Source: Lama glama (Eukaryota). Taken from it: a stretch of DNA of 64,000 bases. This document shows positions 1-12,354 of this stretch, piece after piece; position 1 is the first letter of the stretch; the number at the start of each line of letters is the position of its first letter. The translations under genes were made by a program, and so were the position numbers. The stretch is taken from contig CM052816.1 of NCBI GenBank assembly GCA_028534125.1, positions 79,424,001-79,488,000 on the forward strand, in the 5' to 3' direction. The notes under the pieces were generated by a model. The model was given only the letters and a program-made list of their open reading frames with translations. It had not been told where the DNA came from and made no database searches.

Positions 1-1368
1 GTAATTGAAAGAAAAAGTATTATAAAATATAGATTAAATATTTTAAAAATAAGAGGCAACATGTGAAACTAATCATGACTTTACCACTAATGCATAGACT
101 AGAATTAGTAAGATCATCAATTCTATATCCAAAGGTAAAAATATTCACTTTACCATTAAAAGGTCAGAAATTTTAAATAATTTAAAAGTTGTCTTAATTT
201 CACTTCCCCAAATATCCATTTTTATTTAACTGCAATGTTTATCTGGTTTTTTTTCCCTTGAGAAAACCAGGAAGACACAGGCTCTTCCTTTTTCCTATTT
301 GCCTATCATTTTTAACATAATTTATTTCAGAATATTTCATGGGCTCATGTTTCCTTTTTTTCCCCAACTTTCTTTGGAGACTGTCTACGTTCGATGTGGC
401 ACTTTAAAGTGAGACAGGCTGGGTCCATAAAATTAGAGCCCCAGCTCTTGGCATGGACTGAAACACAACTTTAAGAGTGCCTGTCTCTTTACCCTGCACT
501 GCTGAGGGGAAGCTCAAACCTTTATCCACTCCCAGGCAAGTAATGGGATCCTAAGATCTTCCAGAGTTGGTCTTTCCCCTTTCCCTCCCTCCCAACAAGG
601 AGCTGACTATGTTCAGAATATGCTTATTTCTCATCATTCTAAATATATGAGTTTAAAAAGCAATTTACAGTACAATGAGAAGAACTATCATTCTTTTGCC
701 TGTAGTTTACACATTCCATATATGCAGCCATCTGAAATTCTCTTAAAAGTCTTTAATGATTCCACACCCCATTGTCCTCTCATATCCTTAAAGGCACAGG
801 AGATCACTAAAGATTTCCAAAGAAATCTGGGAAGTAGCGGAGAGTTAGTCAAAGCAAGAAGCAAGGGCCAGGAAGATGTTAAGACACGTTTAAGGGGACT
901 GGAAAGGAAAGCAAGCAGAGAATCGTCACACTGCCAGGAAGAGAGAAATGGAGCAGGACAGGAAGACCAAGGAGGGACCAAAAGAGGGAAACAAGAGCAA
1001 CAAGTGTCTGCTCCATCTCCCCCAGTAGTGACAATGCTCATAAGCCTTCGCTGGGGTTGCTTGTAGCAACCTCCTATCACTAAAGCATCGGACAACTTAA
1101 AAAGATATCAAGCTGTTCTGCTACCCCTGGGAATGGCAGTTCCGGTTCTTAGCCACAAGGGGAGGTGACAGTCAGGGAGAGTGGGGATGGAGAAGGGGGA
1201 AGAGTGAGGGAGGGAAAGGTGAGAGAGGCAGAGCCAGGAGTCATGCATCAGGAACCAGGAACCAGCATCTCGTGCTGGATTCATGCTTATGCAATGTGTA
1301 CTACAGGCATAACTCGCAAACAGTATACTATGCACTAATGAATTTCTGGAAAAATTGTTCTATAAAAC

Positions 1369-1539
1369 CTTTTCGATATTAAAACATCTTTGTTCTTCCT
1401 GGAGTTTTTGAAATTTTTCAGGTTTCTCAGAATGCATGCAGACAAAATCTTCATTCATGTGTTTGTATTTTTCTTGAAACCTGTGTGTAACCCGCATCAG
1501 ATTGAAATCAGTTTGACGTGGTATCAGGTTTCTAAGTCT
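1369..1539 (-). CDS. SPEF2: SPEF2 coding exon 4 (171 nt; RLRNLIPRQTDFNLMRVTHRFQEKYKHMNEDFVCMHSEKPEKFQKLQEEQRCFNIEK)
   Basis: Acceptor ttcttcatttag|AGA and donor AAG|gtttta. The frame is open and matches recalled SPEF2 RLRHMIPRQTDFNLMRITYRFQEKYKH. Confidence 0.94.
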
Positions 1540-2318
1540 CTAAATGAAGAAAGCATTTCAAAAAGATTCCATTATTAGAGAATTAAAAGGATATTGTCGT
1601 TATAAGCATATATAAAATTTGTCTCAAAATAAAATTTCTATGAATTACTATTGTTGAAATAAATTCAAGCCCCATACCAGTTGCTCTTATCCCTAATTGA
1701 TGTAAGGACAATAAAAATGCATGATTGAAATTCCTTCTTACAAAATAGTCTCCTATATACTTTTATAATTAAACTTTTTGTCCTGAGTTTCATTTTCAGT
1801 GAATGCTACTTAAATTCTTAGAAATACATTTTCATAAAAATAATTTATAAAGCCAATTTCAACACACAAGAGTTAATATAAGAAGCTGGATTCTTCCTAT
1901 TACTTAAGCCACTTCCTAGTAATAAATGAAGAAACAATGAGCCACTGGAAATAAGGGTGCAGCAGTCCAAGAAAATGAACTCTCAGTGATGACTATAAAA
2001 TTGGACCCAGAGCAACATGGCTAACATAATTTAACTAAAACTTTAGTATCCAACAGTAGCCTACTTCGAAGCTGATGACTTACTAAATTTTTTTATGGTA
2101 TCATTGCTCAAACCATTCTTGATCCTCCTTTTCTAAAACTGCCTCAGTAGATAATGGCACTTACTCAGAAGAACATTTAAGGACCTTTGACTGACGTTAA
2201 GCACTTACACATCCACCTGCTCTTTTCACAGTTAAAAACAGCCTGGCCTCCAGCTTCACGGTGGCAAGGGAAAGTCAGGTACTTCAACATCCTACCTCTC
2301 CACTTTAACACATACCTA

Positions 2319-2818
2319 NNNNNNNNNNNNNNNNNNNNNNNNNNNNNNNNNNNNNNNNNNNNNNNNNNNNNNNNNNNNNNNNNNNNNNNNNNNNNNNNNN
2401 NNNNNNNNNNNNNNNNNNNNNNNNNNNNNNNNNNNNNNNNNNNNNNNNNNNNNNNNNNNNNNNNNNNNNNNNNNNNNNNNNNNNNNNNNNNNNNNNNNNN
2501 NNNNNNNNNNNNNNNNNNNNNNNNNNNNNNNNNNNNNNNNNNNNNNNNNNNNNNNNNNNNNNNNNNNNNNNNNNNNNNNNNNNNNNNNNNNNNNNNNNNN
2601 NNNNNNNNNNNNNNNNNNNNNNNNNNNNNNNNNNNNNNNNNNNNNNNNNNNNNNNNNNNNNNNNNNNNNNNNNNNNNNNNNNNNNNNNNNNNNNNNNNNN
2701 NNNNNNNNNNNNNNNNNNNNNNNNNNNNNNNNNNNNNNNNNNNNNNNNNNNNNNNNNNNNNNNNNNNNNNNNNNNNNNNNNNNNNNNNNNNNNNNNNNNN
2801 NNNNNNNNNNNNNNNNNN
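2319..2818. other. Assembly gap (500 N) in SPEF2 intron 3
   Basis: Run of N; the round size suggests a placeholder of unknown true length. Confidence 0.99.
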
Positions 2819-2897
2819 GAGAATGCAGCATCACGGTCCTTCCCCTTCACCAAATCTTATACTATTATATGCTGATTATGTTTCTTTATGCACTTAC

Positions 2898-3150
2898 ATC
2901 TCGGAAAACCTCACTTTTCATGCTTTGAAGTTTTGTGTGTGTCAGGGGTTGCATGGTTTGCATTTCCACTCCAGTCAGACCACTTTTCTTCTTTCTCTGA
3001 AGAGCAATGTACAATTGATATAAAAGTTTCGTGGCTGCCCCTGGCTTTTCTGTGATGATATTGTGGGCCACATTCTGATCAAACTGCAAACCCAGAAGGT
3101 GAAGTGTTGGTTCCAAGCGAGAAAAGTTATTAAGCTTGGCAGTTGAAATC
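2898..3150 (-). CDS. SPEF2: SPEF2 coding exon 3 (253 nt; ISTAKLNNFSRLEPTLHLLGLQFDQNVAHNIITEKPGAATKLLYQLYIALQRKKKSGLTGVEMQTMQPLTHTKLQSMKSEVFRD)
   Basis: Contained in ORF 2886..3158(-). Acceptor tgcctag|G and donor GAT|gtaagt. Cumulative CDS is 414 nt (phase 0). Confidence 0.97.
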
Positions 3151-4389
3151 CTAGGCATTAAAATATTTTACATAATTAGACACTGAATTAAAGCAGATGA
3201 CAAATATCATAGGTATTACGATGATCCAATAATATGAATTACCTCATGTTCTTTTAAACACATCATTCCTCCCTAAAACCACTCAATCATGTAAATACAT
3301 TGAGATTTTATCTGTTATCCTGAACTCCATGCATTTATTTCTCCTGAATGGCTAAACTAAAACCCATTAATTTTATATACTTTCCTACTTAAATAGATGC
3401 TGGAATTTCTAGAAGAAGTCAATACCAAATAAAGGATGACTAAATACCTTCTTCTAAATGGAAAAACTTAATCATGGTTTTGAGAATTATTTTATTTGAA
3501 AGGCAAAACTGCAATTTAAATTCCATTTCTTGAAATGATACTACTAAAACCTGAAAATAACCCTTTTTTCAGTTGCAGTGACAACTTTAACAGTAATCCT
3601 CTCAGGCATTGTAGAAATATTTAATTAAATTATATTAGCTACACAACTAAATTAGTAATGTAACCTTCCCTGTACAATTTATATTCTTAAGAGTCAGTAA
3701 AGACTTTCTAAATTGTATGTATTATCGAATTACCTGTTATTGAATTAAGCTCACATTTTAGAACAAGCTCATTAATTCATTTATTAATTTATTCTCTCAA
3801 CTAACAAGTATTGATTAAATACCCATTATATACTAACAACTTATTTATTAAATTTAATACATTTTTATAAGTTTATTAAAGTCTTACAAAGATGAACGAG
3901 GCCCTAGAGGAGTAATAGTGGGAAAACTAGATGAGTAACAAGTAGAGATAAATTGACGTGACTGCTGTAATAGAGGCCTCCAATGACTTAGGACTATTAA
4001 TGAGCCTATGAATCCAGTGACAGAAAGACAGCAAAAGATGTTAGGGGCGTTTTCAACTTCTGTGCCTCTCTATGATCAAACTGGAAGCAAACACCAATTT
4101 TAACCACTGGCCTATTTTCTCCTTCTTCCAAACATTCAGTGGCATTCTTTAATGGGAAAAATACACTGAATACTGAATATACTTGACTATACATCAAAGT
4201 CCCCTCCTCCCCTTAGAACAGAGGGATACCTTAGACCAGAGGGAGTTGCCGGACATTTGGCAGAATTAGGGTTACTCACTCAATAACTTCATTTTGGACT
4301 ATAAAATTATATGGGGGAAGATACAGTGACCTTTAATGACCTCAATTAAATTTTTAGAAGCTGATATGGATCACTTAGCACTTAACCTT

Positions 4390-4600
4390 TATATAGTGGC
4401 TCTAAACTTTTTTTTTATCACAGATACCATTCATTGGAAATCTGATGAGACCTACAGAGCCTTTTCCACGGGAAAGAAAACACATATCCATGCATATACA
4501 CAAAATGTGTATACTGTGTGTTTGTGAACTTCCTTAAATCTAGCCTAAAAGTGACCATTATGCCCATAACATAAAATTAAAAACCCATGCTCTAAAAGGA
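4390..4600. mobile_element. Old hAT-Charlie MITE fragment (MER103-like)
   Basis: tagtggctctaaactttttt...ggaaatctgatgagacctacagagccttttcc...aaaacccatgctcta resembles the recalled consensus. Confidence 0.45.
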
Positions 4601-6659
4601 GGTGGAGCTGGGTAAATATAAAAATGACTTCTAAATATAAATAAGGAGCCATTATCATGGGAAGACCAACATCAACAAACGTGACACAAGATGCTGAATT
4701 CCTTTCCAGTTGTGCGGTGTAACTAACCGTCCTGTTTCCTCTATTTGGTAAAGCATACTTAGCAGGGCTTACCACATCAATCAAATTTTGAATAAAATAT
4801 TTTAAATTGATAAGAGAGAAACAGATCTTAGAGGGGGTGAGAAAAGATAAGGAATTCTACAAGGCAATCTTATCAGTAGTAAGAGTAAAATATTTTTTTT
4901 AGATCTTCTCGTGTACTGTCCAGTTTTGCAATTTGTCCCCCAACAAATGACCTTACAGTTTGAGAAACAAATACTGGCCTAAAATGATTAGGGTACAGCA
5001 GACCATGTTTTGAAGAGTACGATTGTGAAAGAGGATGGTCTGATCAATGACTTATGTTCACATCCATTGCACAGGCACCTGACACCCACCTTTTGATCTT
5101 CTATCACAGTTATCCTTTCATGTTCCTCCTATCCTAGGAGCCCTTTATGCCTTGTCCACTACACATATTTGGAAAGATAATAGCCTGAGAGCCACTGGTC
5201 AGGGTTTTGGTCTGGGTCATGACCTTGGGATACAGAGGTTGGAAGCACCATAATTCAGAAGGAAGAATTCAAAAGCAAACACTATTCATTTCTAAATTGT
5301 ATCAAAACATAGCCCTGCACTGAATAAAAGTGAAGGACACTTCCCCTCCTCTTACTTGTATAACGTGACCCCTAGAATGCAGCGTGTGCCTGCCAATACA
5401 ATGGTTCAGTTACACAGGAGGCTTTACAATGGCTCTGATGGTCTGGTCAAAGTATCCAGGTGTAACAGTACTTCTCTCTGTAAGTTTTTCATAAATATTC
5501 TAAATTTCCAATTAAAATCAGGGAATTTTTACTCCCATAGAATATCACTGGTGTGTAAGTTGGTGGAAGTCCACTCTTACTACAGTGGATACTCAATCAT
5601 TATAACATGACAATCAACAGTTGTTTTTGAACACAGAGAAACCACTGAGACATCTCTGCTCTGCAGACGGCGCATATGATGTAAATGATGACCCCTAAGG
5701 GAATAAGGGATGTAACATGGGAAAAGTTGTCTCCCTCTCTACTTGCAGTCCTCATTTGCCAAGGGATTACCTACCTATCTCCTCTCCTCCTTGCCACCTG
5801 GTCAGGGGATACATCTTACAAGGTAATTAGAAGCTGCCCTCCCAAGGGATATACATTACTTTTTTTTCTTTTCGCTAATCTGCTCATTTTTCACCCTCTG
5901 AGATGGACTAAAGATAGTTCTAAAACAGAATTCTTTCAGAGTTAGATAAATTATTCTTAGGATTAAGTAATTCCCAAGGCAAATAACTTCAAATTATTAA
6001 GCAACACAGATTTAGTTTTACTGTTTACATTTAGACTAAAGGAACTAAAAATACCACACAAAAATCCCCAAATCATGAGCTCTGGCACTGGAGAGCTGTC
6101 TAAAAAATGGGCTTTGACAAAGAAGGATCCTTCTCCCCACTAAATACACTATTACAAAGGTCATATCCATGGATTGATTATTGCTTTCTTTAAAATACCA
6201 TGCACCCTGGAAAAAAGTAGGTTGTTTCAGGAACTAAAGATGGATAGTATTTCATTGTCAGGACAAGAAGATCCCATTTTCCACCTAAAGAAATGGGCTG
6301 ACTCAATAGAATAGAAAGTTAGTCTTTGGCAGTGAATGAAAGGGAGGGCTGCTATACCCGATGATGCTCAGGGCACACACCTGGAAAGGTGGGGCAGGGG
6401 TGTGAAGTCTACCCTGTGCTCAGCTTGTGAAGCCCTGCACCTGGCATGAGGCTGCTTCATCCAAAAAGGGGCTTCTTTTTCTTTGCACAAAGTCCTCTCC
6501 ATTCACGAAGATCTGTGTCACTAAGATCTCTTCCCATTGCACACAAAGCCTTCTATAGCCCTGCTAACGGGAGCCAAAGTACACCTGAAATATTACATGC
6601 ATGCTCTGATCAGTATGGTCTTTTAAGTTTCTATGGCTCACCAGGTATACTTTCTGAAA

Positions 6660-7250
6660 TCATTCATTTACTCAATAGAGTAACATTATTGTGTGTCTGC
6701 TATGGACCAGGAACAATGCATGGAGCACAAAGAATAAATAATATGCTGCAACTTTGAGCGACTTTGCAATCTAGTTGAAGAGTAAACATTCATATATTCA
6801 TTCATCAGACATTGTTTGGGCGCCTTCATGTGGCAGGCACCCTGATAAGAACAGACATATAAAAAAATAATTATAACTTAATGTGATTAAAATGGGATGT
6901 CCCAAGGGTTATTAAAACAAAGGGGAAAAGAGAATTAAATCTGCTAGGGGAACAAGGAGTTTAGAAAAGGGGTGGATTTTTAGCTGGATCTTAAGGATGA
7001 ATAAGAGTCTCTCATGGTAGAAGGGAAGGAAGAATGTTAATATAAAAAGGTGCAAGGCATAACAAAGCACATGACATGGTTGTGGACCAAAGCAGTTTAT
7101 ATTATAGCTCTAGATTGGTGGGAAATGTGGCTGGAAAGCTAGATGAGGGTCACACAGGGAAGCATCTTGTAAGACAGGCTTTGAGAAAGAGGAACTGAAG
7201 TACTGAAAGTTTCTTAAGCTGATGGGGATAACACACCTAAAGATGTGTGT
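6660..7250 (-). mobile_element. L2 3' fragments
   Basis: cattcatttactcaa / attcattcatcagacattgtttgggcgcc...tgtggcaggcac termini followed by a purine-rich L2 body. Confidence 0.6.
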
Positions 7251-8154
7251 GTAGAGTTCTGCCTGTCTACTAACAAGTTCAAAAAAGGTCTTTATATGTA
7301 GTTTTTACCCGGATATGTAGTCACTCATTAATTTGAAAAACATTTCCTGAAAGTTAAACATGCACCAGACCTGTGACCGCCCGAGAGATGCAAAGAAAAG
7401 TAACTCAATACCCCAACTTCAAGGCGTTTGAATGTATAACATGCAATGTGAGAAAGATACAAATAAAGAAACTGACAACAACATGATCAGTGTTATAATG
7501 AGTAAATGTGAAAGATAAGTTGAAAACATTCAGAAAGGGATAAGTAGTAACAACAAAAAAGGATTGGAAACATGGTTACATGCAGATCATCACAAATCAA
7601 TCTGTGCATATGAGAACTCATGAGAAAGCAAAAAGGAGACAAGAAGGGCATGGAAACTGACTCACCTGGAAATCTTATATCTTAAGAGTCTAGTCCTGGC
7701 TTCTACTGCAGGGAAGGAAATGAAGGCAGAAACAGAGGGGACACAGGGCTGGAAGCTCAGGCAGAGGAGGCAGTGGGGCTAAGCTGTGAAGGACCATGTA
7801 TGCTTTGCCCTTGAAGAACAGATGTGAGACGTGGGGTGTAGGGTACAGATTAGAAGTTGTCCAGTGCCCTAGAAGCTTAAGAATTATCTGGGATTAGCAA
7901 AAGAGGCTTATTTGGTATGAACATATATTTCCAATCCATGGCTTCTCTTGTGTCATACTATTATTACCTGTACAACTAGAATAATCCGGGTTGTGAAAGA
8001 ACGACTCACCTCTAGAATGGAGGTACCAGATTCTTTTGCCTTAATGTCTTGCAACATAGGCACTGTTCAATAGAGGTCTACCATTCCAAGCAATCAAAGA
8101 CTAAGAAATTCTTGAGTGGGATCTATCAGGTTAAAATATTATGGATACAGAGCA

Positions 8155-10080
8155 GGATGTCAGGAATGGCAGAGTAAGGGCCTCCAAAATCCATTCCTCC
8201 ATAAAGGCAATAAGGAAACTTACAAAAATTATAAACATCAACTTTTTCATAACTCTAGAAATTAGCTGAAGGCTTGTAACAATCTAAGGGACATTTATTT
8301 AAGAAAAAAACTTAATAAGAACAGAGACCTTTTAGTCATTTTAACTTGCCTTATTCCCAATCCCTTCTCCCCAGCTCTACATTAACCTTGAAAACAGATG
8401 ACTTGCAACAATAGAAGCTGTAAAACCCAGAAGCCTCACAGCTATCTGAGAGGACAGACAGGTTTAAAGCTCCTCAAAAAGTCCTATCCTTAGAACATTA
8501 GTTAACGTTATTTAGAGCTCAGTCACTGGAAAAAGCCCTGTTCCCATGGTATTAGCAAAAGTCAATCAGTGGCAACTGTTTCAGATCACAGCTACCTAAG
8601 ATTGATACCACTGGAGCAAACAAGAGCCTGCCCCAAAACTTAAAAGGAAGATGTAAGAAAGAAATTTCCACTGGGGGCTTTGAAAAGCTCTGACATATTC
8701 ATGAGGCTTTAGAGAGCTGTACACATGTGTAGGAATGTTTGGATGCCCAGGAAAGAAAGAAGAAGGCCCAAATCTCTCACTTCTGGCTGACCTTGAGGTC
8801 CTGTTCAAGCAGGAAGTAAAGGCTAAGGCAGAGCTGAAAACTGTGAAAGTACTAAAGACATACCTTAACAAACTCACAGTCTCTCAGCCAAGAAAGATTT
8901 ATCAGTTCAAGATATTTTAAAACATCTCTGTTTATTTGCCAACCTCTGTTCATCTGCTCTGTTCACTAAGCTAACCAAGCAGAGTCTTCAGTTGCTGTAC
9001 ACAACAAGGAATACAGACTCTCCAAAATTAGTCCAGGAAAGTCGTTAAAAAAAAAAGCAGGAGAAGCAACAACACAAAACAGCAACAACAAACCCTGGGG
9101 AGGTGGGATAATCTGAGTTACCTCACTATATTATTTTAAATGTCTGTTTTCAATAATTATGAGACACAGAGAGAAACAGGAAGGTATGGTCCATACATAG
9201 GGTGAAAAAGTCAACAGGAACTCTCTGAGGAAGCCTAGATGTTGAATTTATTAGGCAAAGACCTTAAGTCAGCTATGTTAATTAAACTAAAAAAATCCAT
9301 TCAAAAAAAACTAAAAAAGAAAATATGAGAATAACATCTCAACAAAAAGAGAATATCAATAAAGTTCTAAAAATAAGAATCAAGTAGAATTCTAAAGTTG
9401 AAAAGTACAATAAATGAAATATAAAAATTTACTAGAATAGCTCAACAGGAGATTTGACTTGGCAAAGAAAGAATTAGTAAACTCAAAGGCAGGTCAACTG
9501 AAATTATTTACAGGAGAACTATAAAAGAAAAAGAATGAAGAAAAATCAACAGGATCTCAAAACACCTAAACTCATTCCAATCATGAGAAAAATATGAGAC
9601 AAATTCCAACTAAGAGACAATGTACAAAATACCTGACCAGTGTTTAATTCTTCAAAACTATAAAGACTATCAAAAACAAGGAAAGTCTGAGAAAGTATCA
9701 TAGCCAAGAAGAGTCTAAGGAGATGTGATTATAAAATGCAAAGCAGTATCTTAGATGGGATACTGGGGAAAAAAAGATATTAGGTAAAAATCATAACAAA
9801 TTTTTGTTATAAAATGTATCATGTTACAAAATGTACCATATAAGATGGTAACAGTAGGGGAAACTGGATGAGAATAATATGACAATTCTCTGTACTATCT
9901 TCACAGTTTTTCTATAAATCTAAAACTCTTCTAAAATAAGTTTATTTTTAAAGATCAACAATGCCTCAGAGACCTGTGGGATACTGATAAGTATACCAAC
10001 ATACGCATAATGGGAGTACCAGAAGGAGAAGAGAGAAATGGGCAGAAAAAACTTTTGGAGAAATGGTGGGTGAAAAAGGT
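8155..10080 (+). mobile_element. Old L1M 5' region and ORF1 remnant, antisense in SPEF2 intron 2
   Basis: Start resembling an L1 5' UTR (gatgtcaggaatggcagagtaagg), ORF1 coiled-coil-like sequence at 9350-9560, and ctcagagacctgtggga...taatgggagtaccagaaggagaagagaga at 9960-10070. Confidence 0.75.
9560..9949 (+). mobile_element. L1MC-type 3' end fragment nested in the L1 ORF1 remnant
   Basis: tcatgagaaaaatatgagacaaattccaac...aattctctgtactatcttcacagttttt...aaaataagtttatttt, flanked by degenerate direct repeats. Confidence 0.7.
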
Positions 10081-10370
10081 CACAAATCTGCTAAAACACA
10101 GGACCGCAGGAATATAGAAGATATTAAAATGGGACCAGCTAGAGATGAGGTCTTGCTGCACCACGTAACTTCTTCTCCTTTGTATTCCTGGGACAATGAA
10201 GTATGTATATGTGAGGAGGCAATGATTTGCATACCAATGGTATGCTTTTCTGGTTTCATTTTGGATGGGATCTTGTTATAAATGATTCTTTAATGTTATC
10301 TTTGGAGGCTAAAACCATCCAAATGCCAAAGGAATTAATCTTTTTTCAAGTAAGGAATAATCTCACTAAC

Positions 10371-10473
10371 CTGCTTTCTGAAAATTCTGCAAAATCATCT
10401 TGAAGTTCAAATTTGTGCAAAACTTCTCCAATTAGATAGCCATTGGAAAATGCCTTTGCAAATGACTTGGGAC
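10371..10473 (-). CDS. SPEF2: SPEF2 coding exon 2 (103 nt; SPKSFAKAFSNGYLIGEVLHKFELQDDFAEFSESR), calponin-homology-like N-terminal domain
   Basis: Acceptor ttaaattcag|GT and donor AG|gttagt. The phase joins exon 1 (58 nt) correctly, and the peptide matches recalled SPEF2 PKSFAKAFSSGYLLGEVLHKFELQDDF. Confidence 0.96.
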
Positions 10474-11049
10474 CTGAATTTAAAACATAGAGATACAAAA
10501 GTAAATATAATTTTGTACATACAGCTTATATATTTTCATTATGCATACATAGGGTAAAACTTCATAATTTATCTTGAACTCAAAATGCCATGCAAATACT
10601 TCTAAAAATGCCTTTTAATAACCAAATGAAAACACTGAAGTTTAACAGCAGACATCTTATAAAGACCCCTGAATAAATGTAAATCAGTACTTGATACCAT
10701 ACTGGATTTTAAAAGAAAAGACCACTTTTGATCAAACCAAACAAAACACAACCAATAAAATGTATAACCTTAGATCTAAAAACAAACCTTCAATATATTT
10801 TATAAAATTATACTCTAATACCTTAGTTATCAATACAACCTATGGATGATGATTACATATTCCGGCGAAGTGAGGTACAATCTAACTTCTTTAAACCTCA
10901 AACTTAATTTTAACCGTTTTGCAATGGAAATTTTACAAAAATCATCTGCACCTTCTAAATAGAGCCTGCTGAACATAATCCAACTTTCCCTTGGTGGTTT
11001 GGAGGGTTTACTCTGGTCTAGTTGTTTAGTGATGGAGGACAGCCCTGAG

Positions 11050-11260
11050 GAAAACAGGCTTTGGAGCCAGAGATATCTATGCTGGAATCTTGGCTCTGCC
11101 TTCCACTAGCTGTGAGATCTCTGCCAAGCTGCTTAACCCTCTTGAGTTTCTGTCTGCTCACCATATCTGTATCCTGGGGGGCTATTCTAAAGATTACAGG
11201 TAATGTACCAGAATTGCTTGGTACCATGCCTGCCACATGAAAGGCACATAATAATAAGTC
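11050..11260 (+). mobile_element. MIR SINE
   Basis: acaggctttggagccaga...aatcttggctctgccttccactagctgtga...catgcctgccacatgaaaggcac. Confidence 0.75.
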
Positions 11261-12263
11261 CAAAAAAAAAACCTAAGTGTTAAATAGGATTTGCTTTCTT
11301 TAAAAATGTCCTTAGTTTGGCATCACTTGTATATTTCTTATGAAGTGAAGGATATATAGTTACATGATATTCAAGGATGACATACTAAATTGATACATAA
11401 ATTATATTATCATAGGACAAGGCTAACATTTCTCAAATGATTTCAAAATCCTCCAAAAATCTTCAGCATCTTTCTATCAGGGTCCTTTAGACAAGAGCAA
11501 TTAAAATACTATACATATCACTTCAAGTATCACAAACTCATTCATACCAGGCTATCTTCTTCTACTTGACTACTAACAGTAAGTGGCTAATTGAAAATGA
11601 AGAAAGAATAATTTCTTCAGGATTTGCAGAACTGGTGCTTGGTGTGTGTCGCAGACGGGCCAGGTGAGTTACTCTGTAAAGGGCACTGCACAGAGAACTC
11701 ACACAGAAAACTTCACGTTATCATAAGACACTTACAGATCTGACACAGGTCCATGATTTTGCCCAAAGCTTTCCTAGTATCTGTTCTCAGAATATTTTAT
11801 ACTCTTAACAATACCCAAATTCTTAGGTTAAATCATCATAATAACAAAGTAGTTTAAAAGGATGTCAAAATCCTCTCACTGATTTTGTTTACTCGGGATG
11901 AGCCCCTAAACGATCTAGCTCCAGAATCTACTGACTATGCCTTCTGGCATCACGCAGCAGCAGTCTTTGAGGGGACTGAAGTCCTAGTAGCTCCGGCTGC
12001 CTCCAAAAGGCAGGGGTGTTCTCCTCCTGCTTCCTCCTTTCTTCAGAGACCCGCCACTGCTGGCCTCCAATACTGTTCCCTGGTTTTTGGCTGCCACCAC
12101 TGCCCTCACTGTGCAATCTGGGCAGCTCTGGCTGTGCTTTGCACCTCTTCTGTCTGTTGCTTGCTTCTTTCTGCTTCTTTCCCTTCTCTCTTCTATAGCC
12201 CGTCCCTGTTCTCAGTTTTCTGAAGTGCCATGGGACATACAGTCATTCTCAGACCATGGATTC

Positions 12264-12354
12264 TTTTTTTTTTTTAATGGAGGTACGGGGGATTGAACCC
12301 AGGACCTTGTGCATGCTAAGCACAGTCTCTACCACTGAGCTACACTCTGCCCCC
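12264..12354 (-). mobile_element. tRNA-Ala-derived SINE (camelid Vic-1-like)
   Basis: Reverse complement has A box TAGCTCAGTGG, an AGC anticodon loop, B box GGTTCAATCCC and an A tail. TSD catggat at 12255-12261 and 12356-12362. Confidence 0.88.

Noticed and set aside
620..1095. Overlapping 148 aa (+) and 135 aa (-) ORFs in intron 4
   Set aside because: No recognisable homology, not SPEF2 sequence, and partly purine-rich low complexity.
2187..3023. Long ORFs across the first gap (and 50370-51087 across the second)
   Set aside because: Artefacts of N runs translated as X.
12264..12354. tRNA-Ala gene (also 56530-56610)
   Set aside because: A and B boxes are present, but the stems are imperfect and both copies have A-rich tails and TSDs, so they are SINEs.
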